64,000 nt of DNA from Candidatus Bathyarchaeia archaeon. Lineage in GTDB: Archaea > Thermoproteota > Bathyarchaeia > 40CM-2-53-6. The stretch is from contig JBEKFP010000002.1 of assembly GCA_050013255.1 (NCBI GenBank), positions 320,001 through 384,000 of the forward strand, given 5' to 3'. How positions within the stretch are numbered: the first letter of the stretch is position 1; each line of letters starts with the position of its first letter. This document shows positions 10,101-17,998 of this stretch, in pieces. Below the pieces are notes generated by a model. The model was not told where the DNA came from. It did not search any database and worked only from the letters and a program-made list of their open reading frames with translations. Position numbers and translations under genes: made by a program.

Positions 10101-10164
10101 TTACTTCCTTCTCGACAACCTTAGGGTCATACTGCTTCGGCAATTCGCCAACGTGCTTGCTCAT
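7138..10164 (-). CDS. ileS: Isoleucyl-tRNA synthetase
   Basis: LDGPPF, HIGT (HIGH), GYDCHGLPIE, WTTTPWTLPSN editing domain, SRQRFWGTP, EMHKS (KMSKS). Confidence 0.98.
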   Translation of the reverse strand: MSKHVGELPKQYDPKVVEKEVKSLWDQEETYEAVKKFRAKGPKFYFLDGPPFPSSDTPHIGTSWGKVVKDTVIRYKRSQGFNVRDQPGYDCHGLPIELAIEQKFGIKTKKDVENFGLERFIAECRLFAETNSTALGRAFADLGIWMDWAKPYMTHQDSYIESGWWGVKQASSKGLLEHGQRVVHWCPQDETVLSDYEVVLEYKMLRDPSIYVKFPVEGKQNEFILIWTTTPWTLPSNVAVMVNPDFQYARVRSGNETFILAKERIEAVAKASGRTLELLESFPGTQLDGVTYRSPLETLVPIQLNLKNAHRVVLSKEYVTLDEGTGCVHSAPGHGEEDYEVGVHYGLPVLMLVDDQGKFVPEAGKYAGKPVRSANPEVIDDLKSLGMLLHSEEIEHRSPVCWRCKTPLLIRATDQWLIRIAQKKIDFMKEVDATHWIPDWAGAVQFKNWLEGLKDWVVSRQRFWGTPFPVWICDSCGKQKVIGSKQELLENATSTPDLPTLHVPWVNNVKLRCECGAEMTRVPDVMDVWFDSGGASLACLGHPQNAQESKFWWPADFIVEGRDQITAWFFALLKSGMVTMGKSPYKTVLMHGFALDSEGREMHKSAGNYVTANEVVDKFGRDSFRYYVLQNTLWEDLRFSWDAVKQYSGDLSTFWNTFVFAGTYMSLDKFSPRVPLKQLTRSLRPEDRWLLSRMNRTIKEATALMDEYKIHEAVRKLKTFLVEDLSHTYVRFIRRRTWVEKQTRDKLAAYTTLYTALKAALAMLTPITPFLTESIYQHMFRNAEPRHPQSVHMLDWPKFDEKWISDSLEEEMNAAKDIISTVAVARMQKSMKQRQPVPKVIVATDSKPVRKALNTYSTLLLDQANTRTLTPTLRAASSKYEAPTRFAKAEFVDGTVYVDLKLSKSELAEGLARDAVRRMQQMRKEMDLKVDSYVHAYILPPSTDAANLLKAKRTYIASEVRAKQLVISTKKEETDAPYYTKTWQINSETYEFGLCEKTKLDGKSETKK

Positions 10165-10209
10165 TACTGGTCGACTCCAAGGAAAATTCCTGAATGCGCC
10201 CTCCGGCAT

Positions 10210-10273
10210 TGACCGAGAACAAAATCATAGTAAGGAACGTGCTTCGGTAGCTTACGGTGCGATTTCTCGGTCA
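10210..10273. other. Structured hairpin upstream of ileS
   Basis: TGACCGAGAA (10210-10219) pairs perfectly with TTCTCGGTCA (10264-10273); inner GTAAG/CTTAC stem. Confidence 0.45.
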
Positions 10274-10684
10274 CCTTTCATGGGCGACACCAATTGCACG
10301 ACCACCATGCCAATTCTTATTTTAAGTTAACGTGTCCGGTTTTGGTGGTGTGTTAGCTGTGGCTTGGCCTCCGTCCCTGCATTTGCCTGTTAGAAGATAA
10401 TGGTTTCAACCACTATTGTTAGATCACTTGAGGCGGGTCATTGCATTGTAGGACCTGAAAAATATGGTGCAACGAGGCTCATATCCTTGACTGGGGAAGG
10501 TAGTAGGCTAGAGCCGAGATAAGTCGTTGGAATGTTCGCGTTGCTATTCCCATGTGAGGTTAGATGAGTGGAAAGGAACCGTCCCGAGATCTCAGAGAAG
10601 ACCACAACTCAGGAACAACTGCCCGGGGATGCCGGACCTTTATAGTTTACCCGCTGCATATGGGCGAATCCGGTTGATTAACTG

Positions 10685-10981
10685 TTGCAGGGACACAAGT
10701 GCAAGCGATCGGGGGACTGCTGTGTCATTCATTGGGGATCTTTTGAGGCGACCCACGAGGACATACTGCGTTGGAAGAGACAAGGACGAGAAGACATCCT
10801 GAAGCACATAGCGGTTAATTCCACTGACCCTCACAATCGACACGCGGTTTTCGTTACAAAGAATTGCCCCTTTCTGAAAAGAGAAGAAACAGGCCTCTAC
10901 TCATGCGCGATCCAGGAGACAAAACCGTTCTACTGCAGGGTCTACCCACACGACGGCATGTGTGAACACCAAGAAGACTAA
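10685..10981 (+). CDS. YkgJ-family cysteine-cluster protein
   Basis: CKRSGDCC...CPFL...CAIQETKPFYCRVYP pattern. Confidence 0.8.
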   Translation: MQGHKCKRSGDCCVIHWGSFEATHEDILRWKRQGREDILKHIAVNSTDPHNRHAVFVTKNCPFLKREETGLYSCAIQETKPFYCRVYPHDGMCEHQED

Positions 10982-11297
10982 GCCTTGACAACTCTTTTGA
11001 GCGAGCGAGAGTAGAAGATACCGCGAACTATGCGGCTTCTTTTTGATTCGCTCTGACAGAAAGATACTCCTCCGAACGACCTGTTCAAGCATCATCAGCA
11101 CCATGGTGCGAATGTCAGGGCCGCTAGCTGTCACCTGAACCCTGCTTCTACTGTAGAGACTGCTACCAGAAGCACCGAAGGTATTAGGCAAAGAGCCTAG
11201 AACCGATGTTGGCTGAAATTTCTCCATTTTTATTTGTCTTCAAATGTGCGTCCTGTAGGGTTCCCTGGTCTAGATCTGCCACGATCAGGTCTGCCAA

Positions 11298-11643
11298 GTG
11301 TCTGTACCAGAAGCGGCCGATCCACATGTCGGGATACACACGGGTCCCTCTCCAACTGAACGAATCTTCTACAGGATGGACATTGCAAGACAAATCATCT
11401 TGACGAGAAAAGAATGGGAAACGAGCGAAGACGTAGCGAAAACGCGAGGCGTATCATACCTGAACAGCGGCACTGGGCGGCGATGTGTCAATTGCAGAAG
11501 TACACGAAGAGGAAGAAGACGAGGAATCCTGGCAGCGCGGACAGAACTTCGTGGCGGTCGGAAGTGTTAAACCTGTAATAGCGACATTAGATCTACACGT
11601 GATTCCTGTGCCGAAGAAGAAGAAACCAAAGAAGAAAAGGTAA
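11298..11643 (+). pseudogene. Possible frameshifted small gene with an acidic patch and Lys-rich tail
   Basis: Frame of 11298 (...MDIARQIILTRKEWE...) appears to continue in the +1 frame after about 11464 (DVSIAEVHEEEEDEE...VPKKKKPKKKR, stop 11641-11643). Confidence 0.3.
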
Positions 11644-11908
11644 CCAAAGAGCCAAGCATTTCCATTGCGGCAACAAGGAAGTTGAAGTAGGTAAGTTAGA
11701 GCCCCCGCGAAGCTCTTCCACTGAAACCCTGCTGCCCCTAGGAACATACCTATGTTTTTTAGGCGATGAGTACCGCATTCGCGGGTGCGGTGCCCTCGGG
11801 CTTGCACCTCGTAGTCACACTGGGGTCGGAGCAAACTCACGGTTGTCAGATTCTGGAGTATGGGTGCCGCTTCTTATTCACTTAGAACCGCTTAGCAGGA
11901 GTCCAGTG

Positions 11909-12310
11909 ATGAGGAAGATAAGAAACACGTGTCTCGAGTACGGGTGCGTCAAATGCTGTTTGAATACGGAGATGGAACTGAGCAGTTCAGACATCGTCCG
12001 GATAAGGGGCCTTGGTTTCTCTGAGGATTTCTTCATCGTCAAGAAGAACGGGAACCGGCAGCTCAAGAATCTGTCGGGGAGATGCGTCTTTAATAACGGT
12101 CAGCGATGCACCATCTACAATTATCGGCCTGAAGGTTGTCGGCTGTACCCGGCCATTTTCTATGAAGACACTGGAGAAACAGATCTCGATTCATACTGCC
12201 CACATCACGGGAAGTTTCAATTGACGCCATGCATTTCACGCGAAGTCATCAAATTCGTTCGAAATTTGGATGTGGAGATGCAGAGACGACCCAGGTCCGG
12301 GAACCGCTGA
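11909..12310 (+). CDS. YkgJ-family cysteine-cluster protein
   Basis: CLEYGCVKCC...GRCVF...CTIYNYRPEGCRLYP...CP. Confidence 0.88.
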   Translation: MRKIRNTCLEYGCVKCCLNTEMELSSSDIVRIRGLGFSEDFFIVKKNGNRQLKNLSGRCVFNNGQRCTIYNYRPEGCRLYPAIFYEDTGETDLDSYCPHHGKFQLTPCISREVIKFVRNLDVEMQRRPRSGNR

Positions 12311-12470
12311 ACGTCGAGGCATCTGAACTCCTCAGCTTTCGCCGCCTTCCGTGACCAAGTCTGTATGATGAGCATCCACTCTTGGCCTAGGTCGAAAGCA
12401 GTTGCCGCCTGTCGCGAGGCAGGTTAAAATGGAGAGTCGAGCTGTCACCTTGTAGGATAGGCAGTGTGGA

Positions 12471-12773
12471 TTGGGAAAGAGAAAGGTCCTTTCAGAAGGA
12501 GACATTAATCAACTCGTTCTTCCAGGAACGGGTCAGCTGCTTGGGATTGTAACCCAAATGTTTGGGTACGATCGGATAATGGTGAAGTGTTCAGACGGAG
12601 CCGACCGACTCTGTCGCATACGAGGCAAGATGAAGAGGCGGACTTGGATCAAGAATGGCGATGTGGTCTTGGTTGCCCCTTGGGATTTCCAAACCAGTCG
12701 CGCGGACGTGCTTTGGCGTTACACACAGAACCAAGTGCAGGTACTTCACAACAAGGGCATCCTCACGATGTAA
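12471..12773 (+). CDS. eif1a: Translation initiation factor aIF-1A
   Basis: RLCRIRGKMKRRTWIKNGDVVLVAPWDFQ OB-fold motif. Confidence 0.96.
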   Translation: MGKRKVLSEGDINQLVLPGTGQLLGIVTQMFGYDRIMVKCSDGADRLCRIRGKMKRRTWIKNGDVVLVAPWDFQTSRADVLWRYTQNQVQVLHNKGILTM

Positions 12774-12814
12774 CCCCATAGGCCCAATGGTGCTATACGT
12801 AAAAGCCAGATGCT

Positions 12815-13954
12815 TCAAACAGTTCCCCAAGTGTGCTCGCAGTTGCAATAACTTTTTCCAAAGTCATCTTTGTCTACCCTGCGAGTACCGCTTTTGAATT
12901 CGAAATTCGTGACCCTTGCAGGGTACTCGTTGTAGAACATTCCGTGCCAAATCGGTCCTATGAGGGGTTGCGATATGTTCCAGCAGCACCTTGCGTAGGT
13001 TGCCATCTCTATGCTGAGCTCGCATTCATCGGAGAATGCTTTCACACTGAATATCGGCAGGTCATTCTCGTAACGTTTAGTTATTCTAACATCCTTCATG
13101 GAATGTTCCTTCCCCTCCGTAGGGTCGTAGAAGTCGAGGGTCTTTGAAACCATCTTTTCTCCCCAGTCCATCAGGCTCTCGTGTGAAATGGAGCGCCTGA
13201 GCATTGGTATTCCGAGATGCGGCAGGAAGTATTGCAGGTAAGCGCCATTGTCCCACTGTACTGTAGCCCAGTACCAGCAGGGGGTTATCGAGGATATCCG
13301 CACTTTCTGGAAATAAGACCTGCCCTTTACGGAAGTCTCGGTTTCGCCTACTCGAATTTTTCCCGATGACATCAGCCCTCTGTATTTCAGCATAGAATAC
13401 CCCATGTTTCCGATGAAGTTCTTTCCTGTTGGTACCAGTTCCGCCATCATGTCTTTCCACCGCTGCATCGAAAGGTCGATTCCGACCTTCTCGCTGTTTA
13501 TATCCAGCCAGAGATCCGCGGGGCTCCCACCAAAGGAATAGACACCATCATTGCTTTCCATTCTGATTCGTCCAGAGTTGTCACCCCACCCGGTTTCAGT
13601 CTTCCCGTGGTCGAGAACAAAAGAGTCATGCATCTTGTTTCCGTCATAATACCAGGAGGCGACGATTGATTCGAAAGCAGCGCGATTTTTCTTGATCTCC
13701 ATTGAGATTTTTGGCTCCCAGTAAGAATCGTTCACGCGAACCTTTCTGCAGTTCCTGGTGGCCCAAAGGACCATGAGCTGCTTAGGGAATTCTGGGTTGT
13801 CTGGGTTTTCGAAAAAATGGATCCACCACCACCAGTGCCAGGTGTGGTTCTTGAGCATGTTTTCGGGGTAAATCTTCCATATGTCACTGAAGCCTTTATG
13901 CATGCGTCCTCGCAAGTCAGATGACTTTGTTGCATTAGACAATTCCTCTTGCAC
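12815..13954 (-). CDS. Uncharacterised aromatic-rich beta-protein (possibly tocopherol-cyclase/AttH-like fold)
   Basis: 379 aa ORF rich in Trp/Tyr (WHWWWWIHFF, GRSYFQKV, PCWYW, CEHTWG); fold assignment is inference only. Confidence 0.55.
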   Translation of the reverse strand: MQEELSNATKSSDLRGRMHKGFSDIWKIYPENMLKNHTWHWWWWIHFFENPDNPEFPKQLMVLWATRNCRKVRVNDSYWEPKISMEIKKNRAAFESIVASWYYDGNKMHDSFVLDHGKTETGWGDNSGRIRMESNDGVYSFGGSPADLWLDINSEKVGIDLSMQRWKDMMAELVPTGKNFIGNMGYSMLKYRGLMSSGKIRVGETETSVKGRSYFQKVRISSITPCWYWATVQWDNGAYLQYFLPHLGIPMLRRSISHESLMDWGEKMVSKTLDFYDPTEGKEHSMKDVRITKRYENDLPIFSVKAFSDECELSIEMATYARCCWNISQPLIGPIWHGMFYNEYPARVTNFEFKSGTRRVDKDDFGKSYCNCEHTWGTV

Positions 13955-13986
13955 TACCTCTTCCGCAATATGTGACTGATACCTCT

Positions 13987-14349
13987 CTATTTTTGCAATC
14001 TGTGTAGCACATAAACAGCTGCAGTCATCCCTAAGAAAAAGTACAAAACTGCAACTTCTATTGGCAAAGTTCCACCTATCATGTAAAACGGCGAATCATA
14101 GTAACCCCATAATCGATTTCCAGTTCCATATAGCTCCCAGACCGTATCTGCCACAAAACCAATAACACCAAGTTCTAAGATTACGGGGTGTCTGAGTTTA
14201 ACAAGTCCACCTATTCCGATGACACCAAACAAAACCAATAGAAGCGTACTCGTCCAGACATTTTTGCGTAATTGACTTGCAAGAAAAGTGGAAAACACAA
14301 TGACTAAGATTACAATTGAAACCATTGTAACACTATTTTTGAGTTTCAT
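13987..14349 (-). CDS. Hypothetical membrane protein (about 4 TM helices)
   Basis: Hydrophobic segments, WELYG...WGY...LPIEV motif, AT-rich DNA. Confidence 0.65.
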   Translation of the reverse strand: MKLKNSVTMVSIVILVIVFSTFLASQLRKNVWTSTLLLVLFGVIGIGGLVKLRHPVILELGVIGFVADTVWELYGTGNRLWGYYDSPFYMIGGTLPIEVAVLYFFLGMTAAVYVLHRLQK

Positions 14350-14482
14350 AATCCGCTTTGTAATAGGTCGCTGATTTAAGTTGCAACGGCTGCTGCGCAC
14401 GAAGGTTGTGAGATCGACTTTCACGATAATGCTTGGGGACGCGACATATGTTCCAGAGCGTGTACGCACCAATAGACCCTAA

Positions 14483-14821
14483 ACACACCAAATAGCAAAG
14501 AAGGAGAAGTTTTCGAGTTATCTAGACGACGGGACGAGTAAGCAAGGCTGTGGACTCGGTGGAGGAAACGAGGGCCGTCTGTTCTTTGTCGCTGACTGTT
14601 TCAGCTATGGTGATCCCAAGTATGAACTCGAAAGACTGGGTACGGCTTTGTTGCTCCTCAAGAAAACGCTGGAAAGCGACGGAGAGAGACTTGCCACTTC
14701 CGAACGCACTCCTGGCCCAACGCAGCAGCCAAAGGATCCGGAGCAACCAGAATCGGCATCTCAACTTGAACCGCCAACGCAAGCCAACCCATTAGTTAAT
14801 GTCTATCAGACCGGCTCCTAA
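14483..14821 (+). pseudogene. Start-less open frame, possible 3' gene remnant
   Basis: About 112 sense codons between stops (...RLFFVADCFSYGDPKYELERLGTALLLLKKTLE...) with a P/Q/E-rich tail and no 5' start codon. Confidence 0.25.
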
Positions 14822-14894
14822 CCAATAGCACTTCGCCGGCCAGTATAAGTTAACTAACCATTTCGAGAACCTTTTCTGAGTCATCTCACAAGTC

Positions 14895-15902
14895 ATGACT
14901 GCGATTGCGTTGTATTGCTTGGGAATAGAGTCCACGGCGCATACATTTGGCGCAAGCGTTGTGACAAACCAGGGGCAGTTCCTGTCTGATCCGCGTGACG
15001 TTTATGCTTCCGCTCCTGGGAAGGGAATTCATCCGCGCGAGGCGGCTGAGCATCACAGTGAAGTTGCCGCCCGTGTGGTCTCAGATTCGTTAAGAAAGGC
15101 TGGCGCCAAAGCTTCGGAACTCGCTGGCGTGGGAGTTTCATTAGGTCCTGGACTTGGACCATGCCTAAGGGTCGGAGCCACCGTTGCCCGATCAATATCC
15201 GCATACTTCGGCGTCCCATTCGTAGGCGTAAACCATGCCATCGGACACATCGAGATCGGAACCCTCACCACCGGAGCCAAGGATCCCCTGGTGGTTCTTG
15301 TCTCAGGCGGGCACACAGCGATTACGGCTTTTTCTGGAGGACGTTGGAGAATATTCGGTGAAACCGAGGACATCACAATCGGAAACCTATATGACATGTT
15401 CGCCCGAGCTATCGACCTCCCATCGCCAGCAGGGCCTCAAATCGAAAAACTAGCGGCCAAATCATCAAAGTTCCTAACTTTGCCTTATGTGGTGAAAGGA
15501 AATGATGTTTCATACTCCGGGCTGTTGACAGCGTCCCTCGCCAAGCTGCGATCAGGCGCGGGTTTGGAGGATGTATGCTACTCGATGCAGGAGGTCTCCT
15601 GCTCAATGCTCGCCGAGGCCGTAGAACGAAGCCTAGCGTATACTGGCAAGAAAGAGATCCTTCTAACTGGGGGGGTCGCAGCGAATAGGACATTGAAGGA
15701 TAAACTCGAATGCGTGGCCAAGATGCATGACGCAATATGCCACGTCGTAGGTTCCGCATACACAGGTGATTGTGGCGCCCAAATCGCGTGGACCGCCATG
15801 CTTGCGCTTCAGGCCGGTTTAGCCACTTCCGTTGACGCGCTCGTTAAGCCAAAGTGGAGGTTTGAGGATGTTGACATCCCCTGGAGAAAAGAAGTTAGCT
15901 AA
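14895..15902 (+). CDS. kae1: KEOPS t6A transferase Kae1
   Basis: LGIESTAHT, GIHPREAAEHH, GPGLGPCLRVG, NHAIGHIEIG, VSGGHT. Confidence 0.97.
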   Translation: MTAIALYCLGIESTAHTFGASVVTNQGQFLSDPRDVYASAPGKGIHPREAAEHHSEVAARVVSDSLRKAGAKASELAGVGVSLGPGLGPCLRVGATVARSISAYFGVPFVGVNHAIGHIEIGTLTTGAKDPLVVLVSGGHTAITAFSGGRWRIFGETEDITIGNLYDMFARAIDLPSPAGPQIEKLAAKSSKFLTLPYVVKGNDVSYSGLLTASLAKLRSGAGLEDVCYSMQEVSCSMLAEAVERSLAYTGKKEILLTGGVAANRTLKDKLECVAKMHDAICHVVGSAYTGDCGAQIAWTAMLALQAGLATSVDALVKPKWRFEDVDIPWRKEVS

Positions 15903-16530
15903 GCTCATCTACAAAGGCGCCGAAGCCGAAATCTACCTCCAAGATTGGCATGGGGAACTGGCGATCAGAAAGAGCCGCATACCAAAGCCCTACAGAGTTC
16001 CTGAACTCGACGAATCAATCCGCCGAACGAGGACGGCACATGAAGCAAACATGATGCACGAAGTGAGGAAACTCGGCGTTCCCGTCCCAACCATTCAACA
16101 CATAGACCCTGAATCTACCACCATAATCATGGATTACGTCCCGGGCCCAACGCTCAAGGAAGAGCTGTACAAACTCTCAATATCAAAACGCCGCGAACGA
16201 TGCAACTCACTCGGCAACATTCTTGGACTAATGCATGAAGGTGGAATTGTTCATGGGGACATGACGATTTCGAACGTGCTATCCGAGGACGGCAACTTGT
16301 ACATGATCGACTTCGGCCTAGGTGACTTCTCACACGAGCTAGAGGGCAAGGGTGTAGATCTCCTTCTCCTTCACAGGGCGATGAAGAGCACACATTACTC
16401 CTTCCATTTGGTTCTCTTCAATGCCTTCTTGAAGGGCTACGGAAGGGCTGTTGGTAAAAAGCGAGCTAAGGAGACCTTGCTAAAGATGCGTGAGGTGGAG
16501 AAGCGTGGGAGATACTTTGACAGGGCATAA
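15868..16530 (+). CDS. bud32: KEOPS kinase/ATPase Bud32
   Basis: KGAEA, KPYRVPELD, HGDMTISN, IDFGL; follows kae1. Confidence 0.96.
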   Translation: MLTSPGEKKLAKLIYKGAEAEIYLQDWHGELAIRKSRIPKPYRVPELDESIRRTRTAHEANMMHEVRKLGVPVPTIQHIDPESTTIIMDYVPGPTLKEELYKLSISKRRERCNSLGNILGLMHEGGIVHGDMTISNVLSEDGNLYMIDFGLGDFSHELEGKGVDLLLLHRAMKSTHYSFHLVLFNAFLKGYGRAVGKKRAKETLLKMREVEKRGRYFDRA

Positions 16531-17107
16531 CCCAACGGTCTACTTCGCTACCGGAAACAAGGGGAAGTTCATTGAGGCCGCTGATGTCGCCGCACGTTTC
16601 GGGATCACGTTGAAGCACATGCGCATCGACAAACTGGAGATTCAATCAAATAACTTGGCGGAGATCGCTTCCTTCGCAGCTATGGAGGCTGCGCGATCCA
16701 ATAGGCGCTCGGTAGTTTCAGAGGATGCGGGTTTCTTCGTAAATGCGTTAGCAGGTTTCCCCGGGCCGTACTCGTCTTATGTGTTCAAAACCCTAGGGAC
16801 GGGTGGCATATTGAAACTCATGGAGAAACGCGGGGACAGAGGAGCTTTCTTCCAGGCCTCAGTTGCATTCTGCACGCCGACGTCGCGCCCGAAGTGTTTC
16901 ACCGGCTTTGTACAAGGTCGCGTAAGCCGGAGACCAAAAGGAACTCACGGTTTCGGTTTCGATCCAATCTTCATACCTAAAAGAGGAGACGGCCGAACCT
17001 TCGCTCAGATGACAACTGACGAGAAGAATTCTTTCTCACATCGCGCTTTGGCCTTCGTAAAGTTCTCGAAATGGTTCGTCGGCGAGGGAAACCGCATTAT
17101 GCCTTAG
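16517..17107 (+). CDS. rdgB: Non-canonical purine NTP pyrophosphatase (RdgB/HAM1)
   Basis: FATGNKGK, EDAG, GFPGPYS, GFGFDPIF, EKNSFSHR. Confidence 0.95.
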   Translation: MTGHNPTVYFATGNKGKFIEAADVAARFGITLKHMRIDKLEIQSNNLAEIASFAAMEAARSNRRSVVSEDAGFFVNALAGFPGPYSSYVFKTLGTGGILKLMEKRGDRGAFFQASVAFCTPTSRPKCFTGFVQGRVSRRPKGTHGFGFDPIFIPKRGDGRTFAQMTTDEKNSFSHRALAFVKFSKWFVGEGNRIMP

Positions 17108-17113
17108 ACACGG

Positions 17114-17428
17114 TCATTCATTGCTCCACGAATGGCCGCATTTTGTGCAAACAAATCTTTCCATCACCCTCTCCTGTCGGACCCCTGCGTGTTCGCCAGA
17201 CACGAATCCAAGGCTGCGGAAAGCTTCGTTGTGCCCACAGCGTGGGCATGTCGCAGCTACCTTCATGTATTCGGGGCTAGGTGCGTCTACGATGTCCGTT
17301 GGCTTTTCAGTGGGTGTTATCTTCACGATGTCAACTACCTCAGTTTTGAGCTGATAGCCGCATTTCGAACAAACATAACCCTCCTTGGTCGTCCTCATGT
17401 AACCTCCACATTTCTCGCAAAATTTCAT
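17114..17428 (-). CDS. Transcription factor S (TFS/RpoM) paralog lacking the canonical QTRxADE loop
   Basis: Two Zn ribbons, MKFCEKC..CSKC and CPRC..CTKCGHSW. Confidence 0.85.
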   Translation of the reverse strand: MKFCEKCGGYMRTTKEGYVCSKCGYQLKTEVVDIVKITPTEKPTDIVDAPSPEYMKVAATCPRCGHNEAFRSLGFVSGEHAGVRQERVMERFVCTKCGHSWSNE

Positions 17429-17539
17429 TTCATCCGATACCTTCTTGGTGTGAGGGCGAAGTCTTGGCCACATGACTATTGTTGAGACAAGTTAAATAAT
17501 CGAGGGTCATCGACTAGGTTACAATTTCGGATTTGGAGT

Positions 17540-17998
17540 GTGCAAATTACGGCTAGGCTTTACACGAGTAAGCGGGGCAAGTCAGGGTCAACTCGGCCCA
17601 TAAGCAAGAAAGCACCTGCCTGGTGCAAGTATACGCCCGAAGAGGTAGAAGCCCTAGTTCTCAAACTGTCTAAGGAAGGCAACTCGCCGAGCACCATCGG
17701 TATGCTCATGCGGGACCGTTACGCCGTACCCCTAGTGAAGTCGCTCACGGGAAAAAATGTGCGGGAGCTCTTACAAACCGCAAACCAAGCGGGGACACTT
17801 CCCGAGGACTTGAGCGCACTCCTGAAGAAGGCGGACCACCTTAGGCGGCACCTGGAGAAGAACAGGAAAGATTACGTTAACAAGCGTTCCTTGGCCATGA
17901 TCGAGTCGAAAGTTCACCGGCTCGTCAAGTACTACCGCGCCAAAGGACAACTGCCACCGCAGTGGGAATACAAACACGTCGTGGCGTCAGTGTCCTAA
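17540..17998 (+). CDS. rps15: 30S ribosomal protein S15 (S13e)
   Basis: ARLYTSKRGKSGSTRP, LPEDL, IESKVHRLVKYY. Confidence 0.97.
   Translation: MQITARLYTSKRGKSGSTRPISKKAPAWCKYTPEEVEALVLKLSKEGNSPSTIGMLMRDRYAVPLVKSLTGKNVRELLQTANQAGTLPEDLSALLKKADHLRRHLEKNRKDYVNKRSLAMIESKVHRLVKYYRAKGQLPPQWEYKHVVASVS

Noticed and set aside
11206-11643. Stop-codon readthrough (Sec/Pyl) joining ORFs in one frame
   Set aside because: Three stops of mixed type (TGA, TAG, TGA) would have to be read through; a single frameshift is simpler.
12335-12399. Hairpin (GCTTTCG/CGAAAGC, CCAAG/CTTGG) containing a perfect C box ATGATGA
   Set aside because: No properly placed D box or ACA box and no complete hammerhead core; insufficient for an ncRNA call.
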